From Methanopyrus kandleri AV19 (lineage in GTDB: Archaea; JAADCQ01; Methanopyri; Methanopyrales; Methanopyraceae): a DNA stretch of 32,000 nt. Location: NCBI RefSeq assembly GCF_000007185.1, contig NC_003551.1, positions 630,001 through 662,000 on the forward strand, in the 5' to 3' direction. Every line of letters starts with the position of its first letter. Position 1 is the first letter of the stretch. Of this stretch, positions 27,626 through 32,000 are shown piece by piece. Made by a program: the position numbers and the translations under genes. The notes beneath the pieces were generated by a model. That model was not told the origin of the DNA and ran no database searches. It saw only the letters and a list, made by a program, of their open reading frames with translations.

Positions 27626-27703
27626 TGGCGCCCCGGCCGGGATTTGAACCCGGGTCCCGGGCTCGACAGGCCCGGATGATAGACCGGGCTACACCGCCGG
27701 GGC
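27626..27703 (-). tRNA. tRNA-Asp (anticodon GUC) with encoded CCA and a C at position 8
   Basis: Hand-folded cloverleaf:
- Acceptor stem GCCCCGG/CCGGGGC.
- Anticodon stem CGGGC/GCCCG with loop CUGUCGA.
- T arm CCGGG-TTCAAAT-CCCGG.
- Discriminator G followed by CCA.
- The D stem is weak (GUGU/UCAU).
- Position 8 is C rather than the universal U. Confidence 0.93.
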
Positions 27704-27735
27704 TCTCATCCCTCCATACCGTCCCACGTTCCACC

Positions 27736-27752
27736 CCAATTATAAACTTTAC
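27736..27752 (-). promoter_or_regulatory. TATA box / BRE for tRNA-Asp
   Basis: The minus strand reads GTAAAGTTTATAATTGGGG. The TTTATAAT element is centred about 39 nt upstream of the mature tRNA 5' end. That fits a transcription start about 25 nt downstream of the TATA and a short leader removed by RNase P. It abuts the stop codon of the upstream pilin-like gene. Confidence 0.65.
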
Positions 27753-28219
27753 TCCTTAGTCCTCTCCACGACCACCTTGATCGACTCGCCTCCGCTGACT
27801 TCCACCTGATAGTTCGCCCACGACCCCTTCACGGGGTTCGAGATCTCGCTGACCGACTTCGGCCGCCCGTACAGCGCCACGTAAACCTGCAGCAACACGT
27901 TACGCCTCAGCAGATCCACGACGCCCGCGGGATTATCTCCGGAGTACTTGAGCTCGTATTCGATCCTGTCATCGTTCACCTGGCACCTCACCACCGACAG
28001 GTTTCCCGAGATCTCTACCTCCTGATCTCCTACCCGATAGGTGACGCCCACAGCCACCTGCTCCCGGGTCTTCGCGACGGCATCGCTCACAGCCTTCTTC
28101 ACGCAGTACCACTCGTACTCGGGCCCCATGTACCGGCCCGCGATGAACGCCGCAGTCAGCACGATGATGGACAACAGTACGAACTCCACCGACACCTGAC
28201 CGAACGTGCGCGCGCCCAT
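27749..28219 (-). CDS. Type IV pilin-like protein with a class III signal peptide (156 aa)
   Basis: The N-terminus is MGARTFG|QVSVEFVLLSIIVLTAAFIA. It has the prepilin-peptidase-type G|Q site, Glu at +5 and a hydrophobic helix (DUF361-like QxSxEF motif). One N-x-S/T sequon is present (NLS). Confidence 0.8.
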   Translation of the reverse strand: MGARTFGQVSVEFVLLSIIVLTAAFIAGRYMGPEYEWYCVKKAVSDAVAKTREQVAVGVTYRVGDQEVEISGNLSVVRCQVNDDRIEYELKYSGDNPAGVVDLLRRNVLLQVYVALYGRPKSVSEISNPVKGSWANYQVEVSGGESIKVVVERTKE

Positions 28220-28226
28220 CGGGGGC

Positions 28227-28802
28227 TCAGCCCCCGGGTGGTATCACGTACAGGCCGAACTCGAACGGCTTGCCCGAGGTCGAAACCCACCATTCGTCAC
28301 CCGGAGGCCACTCCGTCACGGGCGTGGGTACCGGATCGTCCACTGTCCTCGGATCTATCAGGACAACTCCCGGGGTTCTGGGCGGCCACCCGCCGGATGG
28401 CCACCCGACCAGGATCGGTACGCTAGCCGTAACTCCCACCTTCTTCTCAAACCGACCACCGAGCCGCAGGATCACCACGATCTCGCCCGGACCACCGGGC
28501 TCACCCTTCACCCGGACCTTGAGGTAGTACTCGCTGTTCCCTATTTTTTCCGGCAGGTGTATCTGGTTCGCTGTGCTCTGCCAGTCAGGGAGCCAGCTGA
28601 TCGTACCGGCGATCGCGTTGGCGACGTAGTTCGCGATGTACCGGGCCTCGATCAACGCCATCACGTCCGACACTCCGAGGAACGTGCCCACCACCGAGTA
28701 CGTGAAGTACGCACTGAGGACCAACATGATGAGGAGCAACGCCGCGAACTCTATCGTGACCTGGCCACTAGGCGTTGCGGAGAACCAGCTTCGGACCCTC
28801 AA
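28227..28802 (-). CDS. Type IV pilin-like protein with a class III signal peptide (191 aa)
   Basis: The N-terminus is (M)RVRSWFSATPSG|QVTIEFAALLLIMLVL. The TTG start overlaps the upstream pilin-like gene by 35 nt. The C-terminal half is Pro/Trp/Gly-rich. Confidence 0.75.
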   Translation of the reverse strand: MRVRSWFSATPSGQVTIEFAALLLIMLVLSAYFTYSVVGTFLGVSDVMALIEARYIANYVANAIAGTISWLPDWQSTANQIHLPEKIGNSEYYLKVRVKGEPGGPGEIVVILRLGGRFEKKVGVTASVPILVGWPSGGWPPRTPGVVLIDPRTVDDPVPTPVTEWPPGDEWWVSTSGKPFEFGLYVIPPGG

Positions 28803-29211
28803 CGACGCTCACCTCCACGACCCCGGGTACCGTCACGTTCTCAACCACCACGTCCTTTCCGAACGAGTAGAACTTTGCGACGCCTTTAACGCCGTTACCC
28901 TCCACGATCACGTAGTACTCGTCGTGCTGCCCGGTCGGTTCCACACTCACCGTGTAGCTCCCTTGGGTACCGGGTCTACCCTTGATCCTGACGGTGAACC
29001 TTGTCCCGACGTCGCACGCGGCGGCCTTGTCGAGCACCCTGGCCAGCTGCTCAGCCATCGCCTTCGCCTCGAGGGCGGACGCGGCCTCCTCGACACCGCC
29101 TGAACCGTACATACCTTCCTTCACGAACGCCATCGCCATACCGACGGCGGTAACCCCTATCAGTAGAACCAGGAGGTACTCCAGTGAGGCCTGACCGCGG
29201 GAGAAACTCAT
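28768..29211 (-). CDS. Type IV pilin-like protein with a class III signal peptide (147 aa)
   Basis: The start is taken at MSFSRG|QASLEYLLVLLIGVTAVGMA (ATG 29211), a textbook short charged leader plus RGQ site plus Glu+5. The tracked longer ORF (to 29250) adds 13 residues that would bury the signal peptide. Confidence 0.8.
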   Translation of the reverse strand: MSFSRGQASLEYLLVLLIGVTAVGMAMAFVKEGMYGSGGVEEAASALEAKAMAEQLARVLDKAAACDVGTRFTVRIKGRPGTQGSYTVSVEPTGQHDEYYVIVEGNGVKGVAKFYSFGKDVVVENVTVPGVVEVSVVEGPKLVLRNA

Positions 29212-29235
29212 AAACAAAGTCGGGTAACCCCCAGT

Positions 29236-31821
29236 GTGGGGTTGTACCACAAGTTGCCCCTCTTAAAGGAGCGTGGCCAGGTGTTCACTCTGGACGCGAT
29301 GGCGGCGCTCTTGCTCTCCTTAGTGCTAGTGTCCTTAGCTTTGGATTATATTCATATGGTTAGCTGGCCTACCATCTCGCCTCGTCAGGAGGTCTCCTCG
29401 ATCGCCGTCGTCCAGCCCGTGAAGTGGGGATGGGTAGCCACCGGCGTGTACAGGGGCGAGCTCCCGCACCTGGAAGTCAAGGAGATCCGTGTCACGGATT
29501 GGAACGTAAATGGCAATAAGTGGACCGCGAAGGTCGACGTTTCGGATAAACTCCCACCGGACAAGAAGATCGTGATGGCGTTCCTGGTTCTCATGGTCGG
29601 AGACAACCACGTCGTCGACGCTTACGACCCGAACGATAAAGATCTAGGTGTGTACGTCGAGGTGAACGGTGACGAGAACGGTGAACGCGTGTTCCCGACG
29701 GTCCCGATCGACTGGAGGGGCAACATAGGGTGGTGGTTCCCCTACAACTACAACGGTCGTATATGGGAGAAAACCCTGGTCGACCTCACCGTGGACGATC
29801 GGGGCAACCCACTGCTCGTTAACAAAACCTCGGACGACAACATCAGAGTGCGGATTGGCGTCAAAATTCGAGGTTACTGGGGCAGACAATACAGGGATAA
29901 AACACGGATAGTACTCGTGCTCGCCCCGAAGCAGTTCGACGTCGCCGTCCAAGTCTGGCGTCCGGACGGCCCTCAGATCGGCCCACAGCCGTACGATGAC
30001 CGCGATGGTAAGACTGGAATACCGGTCAAAGGCTCCCTAGCGACTGATCTCAGCAGGAACAAGAACCCTGACCCTGTCACGAACTTCGCCGACTGGTACG
30101 GGGAAGATGTGGACAAAGATCGGCTGGAAAATCCTGACGAGAACCCCGTAATCACCGTCAAAGACCTGGTTATGAGAATAGGTAGGGTCTTTGGTAACTG
30201 GAGACCGTGGACTCCGGTGGGAACCGGTCCTTACCGTGAGTATTACGATAAAAGTGATGGAACCGTCCACAAACTGGAGGACGCGAAAGACCCGAACGGT
30301 GACGGGGCCGATGGTATAGTCCTGACGCGTCACGGTGCTCAGATCGACGATTCGTACCATCTGTTCGCGGCGTACGTGATGATGCCCAGGACGTTCTCGT
30401 CTGTATGTCCGCTGGACGCTCCGATACTCGCGTTAACAACACAGCGTAACGGTCCCCCCGAGTTCGTAGTGTACGCTAACGTCAGAACCCCCCAAGATAT
30501 AGCGAAGATCGACTGGGCTAACGTGGACGAGTCGTTAGGAGCGTCCAACATAGGAACGAACACCACCTACAGATGGAATAAGACTGAGGACCTTGACTTC
30601 TACAATGACGAGCTGAAGTACTACAAGTACTACGATGACTGGTACTCGAGGAGCATAGGCATTCCGGCCGATTACCTCTACGGTGCTTCGGGATACAGCC
30701 ACCTGGTCGTGATCGACCCCGAAGCTCAGTGGCCCATTACTCCCGCAGGAGGATTGATAGGCACATCGTCGACGGTCGAGCAGGTGCTGAGGACGCACAG
30801 TGTCCTGTATGCGTATCTGAGGTTACCGAACAGGAGTCACGGAGTGCACACGCACTTCAACTACGACACCACTCATGGTTACTACTGGTACTTCAAGTTC
30901 CCCGGCGGCATTCCCGTTCAGGGAGGCCCTCAGCCCCGTATCGTGGCCATCTGGATTAAGGCGCCCCACTGGCTCTACCAGTGGGCTCCGTGGGCCGACT
31001 CCGTGAGCGCATCGCTTGGATTCGCCAATACCAGGTTCAATAACGTCCCCGGTGACGGCCGCAGCGACGAGCTCGATATGACCATCAACATCCAGAGGCC
31101 CCCCGACATGCCTTCGGTGATCAAGAACTGGGCAGTTCAGGACGTGTACATGTTCGGCAACCTGGACGAGGATCCCGACAACTTCTGGATCTACATCGAT
31201 GATGAGGAGGTCTGGCCCGACGATTGGGTTCCCCCGTCGATCGAGGACCTGAAGTCGCTCTCCGGTGGTAAGATCGCCACTCCGGGAACCCACACGATCA
31301 GGGTCAGGGAGTACGAGCAACCGTCTCCTGAGGCCGTCGAAATCGGTCCGTTCAACGTCCTAGTCCTGTACAAGGGCACCATGTACCTGTACCTCCCCCG
31401 CCTCAAGAGGAGCAAGGAGGACGCCGTGAACGCTCTCAGGCAGGAGTTCGAGAGACTGGGGATCGACCCGGACGATCCCAGGGTCAGGATTACGGTCGCG
31501 CCGTCTCGGGGTTACGACAAGCCCCACAAGTTCAGACTCGTAGCCTGGCAGGAAGAACGCGTACTGTACACACCTGAGTATCTCCGACGGCTATCGACCG
31601 AAGCCCTCTCTCAGCTGCAGTCCTCGGGTGCCCTCAGCTACGTGGCCATGGAGTGGGAGTACTACCAGGACACGGGAGACGCAACGAAGCTGCGTCGGGC
31701 CCTGCAATCGTTACAGCCATTGCTGAGCTCCGTCCTGGGAGTGCACTTCAAGCTGGAGGTCTGGGACGAGAAGAACAAGCAGTGGGTGACGCTGCTCACG
31801 GATCAGGGTCCAGCGATTTAA
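29236..31821 (+). CDS. Giant (861 aa) class III signal-peptide protein of unknown function; candidate pilus-associated adhesin or large minor pilin
   Basis: The N-terminus is ...LLKERG|QVFTLDAMAALLLSLVLVSLAL (RGQ site plus hydrophobic helix, Asp at +6). The rest has no motif I recognise. It is very rich in Trp (about 31 by my count), Tyr, Asn and Asp. It has four N-x-S/T sequons and Ca-binding-like DxDxDG loops (DDRDGKTG and DPNGDGADG). The start is GTG 29236 or TTG 29254. Confidence 0.8.
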   Translation: MGLYHKLPLLKERGQVFTLDAMAALLLSLVLVSLALDYIHMVSWPTISPRQEVSSIAVVQPVKWGWVATGVYRGELPHLEVKEIRVTDWNVNGNKWTAKVDVSDKLPPDKKIVMAFLVLMVGDNHVVDAYDPNDKDLGVYVEVNGDENGERVFPTVPIDWRGNIGWWFPYNYNGRIWEKTLVDLTVDDRGNPLLVNKTSDDNIRVRIGVKIRGYWGRQYRDKTRIVLVLAPKQFDVAVQVWRPDGPQIGPQPYDDRDGKTGIPVKGSLATDLSRNKNPDPVTNFADWYGEDVDKDRLENPDENPVITVKDLVMRIGRVFGNWRPWTPVGTGPYREYYDKSDGTVHKLEDAKDPNGDGADGIVLTRHGAQIDDSYHLFAAYVMMPRTFSSVCPLDAPILALTTQRNGPPEFVVYANVRTPQDIAKIDWANVDESLGASNIGTNTTYRWNKTEDLDFYNDELKYYKYYDDWYSRSIGIPADYLYGASGYSHLVVIDPEAQWPITPAGGLIGTSSTVEQVLRTHSVLYAYLRLPNRSHGVHTHFNYDTTHGYYWYFKFPGGIPVQGGPQPRIVAIWIKAPHWLYQWAPWADSVSASLGFANTRFNNVPGDGRSDELDMTINIQRPPDMPSVIKNWAVQDVYMFGNLDEDPDNFWIYIDDEEVWPDDWVPPSIEDLKSLSGGKIATPGTHTIRVREYEQPSPEAVEIGPFNVLVLYKGTMYLYLPRLKRSKEDAVNALRQEFERLGIDPDDPRVRITVAPSRGYDKPHKFRLVAWQEERVLYTPEYLRRLSTEALSQLQSSGALSYVAMEWEYYQDTGDATKLRRALQSLQPLLSSVLGVHFKLEVWDEKNKQWVTLLTDQGPAI

Positions 31822-31960
31822 AAGCCTGCGGACCATACCTCGTAACCGAGCGCCCCGACCCCGTGAATCCGAGCTCGGTAAGGAGATCACCGCCGCGTCG
31901 TGGCTTGCTCGTGGGAAACCTCGCGTCTTCGAGGTCAGCTAACAAAGGTGAAGGTGTGTG

Positions 31961-32000
31961 TTAGGGCCACACCCGGATGACTCTGCCGTTCTTCAGCACC
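31961..32000 (-). CDS. 3' end of an unidentified minus-strand gene that runs off the right edge
   Basis: An open frame ends ...VLKNGRVIRVWP followed by TAA at 31961-31963. Only 12 codons are visible, so no function can be assigned. Confidence 0.3.
   Translation of the reverse strand, partial: VLKNGRVIRVWP

Noticed and set aside
31653-31964. A 103-aa plus-strand ORF spanning the end of the 861-aa gene and the downstream spacer.
   Set aside because: It overlaps the well-supported 3' end of the large gene in another frame and crosses its stop into non-coding sequence. Its composition is G/R/A/S-rich with no motif.

Overview
GC-rich archaeal chromosome segment. Split rpoB and rpoA, a SepSecS gene and a tRNA with C at position 8 all point to a Methanopyrus-like hyperthermophilic methanogen. 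The organism call is inference; no database was searched.

Layout:
- Left end, 1-6000: a partial SepSecS gene lies head-to-head with a plus-strand run of RNA-modification and ribosome-biogenesis genes. These are a PUA/Nip7-like protein, a NOL1/NOP2/Sun m5C methyltransferase, Rio2 kinase, a LarB-like protein and TruD. A small untracked zinc-ribbon ORF and trpD follow.
- 6060-27518: almost unbroken minus-strand coding in the order nurA, herA, mre11, rad50, a polyferredoxin-like ORF, rpoH, rpoB2, rpoB1, rpoA1, rpoA2, a 479-nt non-coding spacer, rpl30e, nusA, rps12, rps7 and aEF-2. The aEF-2 gene carries a 522-aa LAGLIDADG intein in its P-loop.
- 27626-27703: tRNA-Asp(GUC) with its own TATA box.
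- Right end, 27749-31821: three small minus-strand genes and one divergent 861-aa gene, all starting with archaeal class III (type IV prepilin-like) signal peptides.

The best candidate for an undescribed system is this pilin-like locus with its giant Trp/Tyr/Asn/Asp-rich member. Next are the structured 479-nt spacer inside the RNAP/str superoperon and the ferredoxin ORF that runs 209 nt into rpoH. Most other tracked ORFs are antisense shadows of real genes, caused by high GC at third codon positions.
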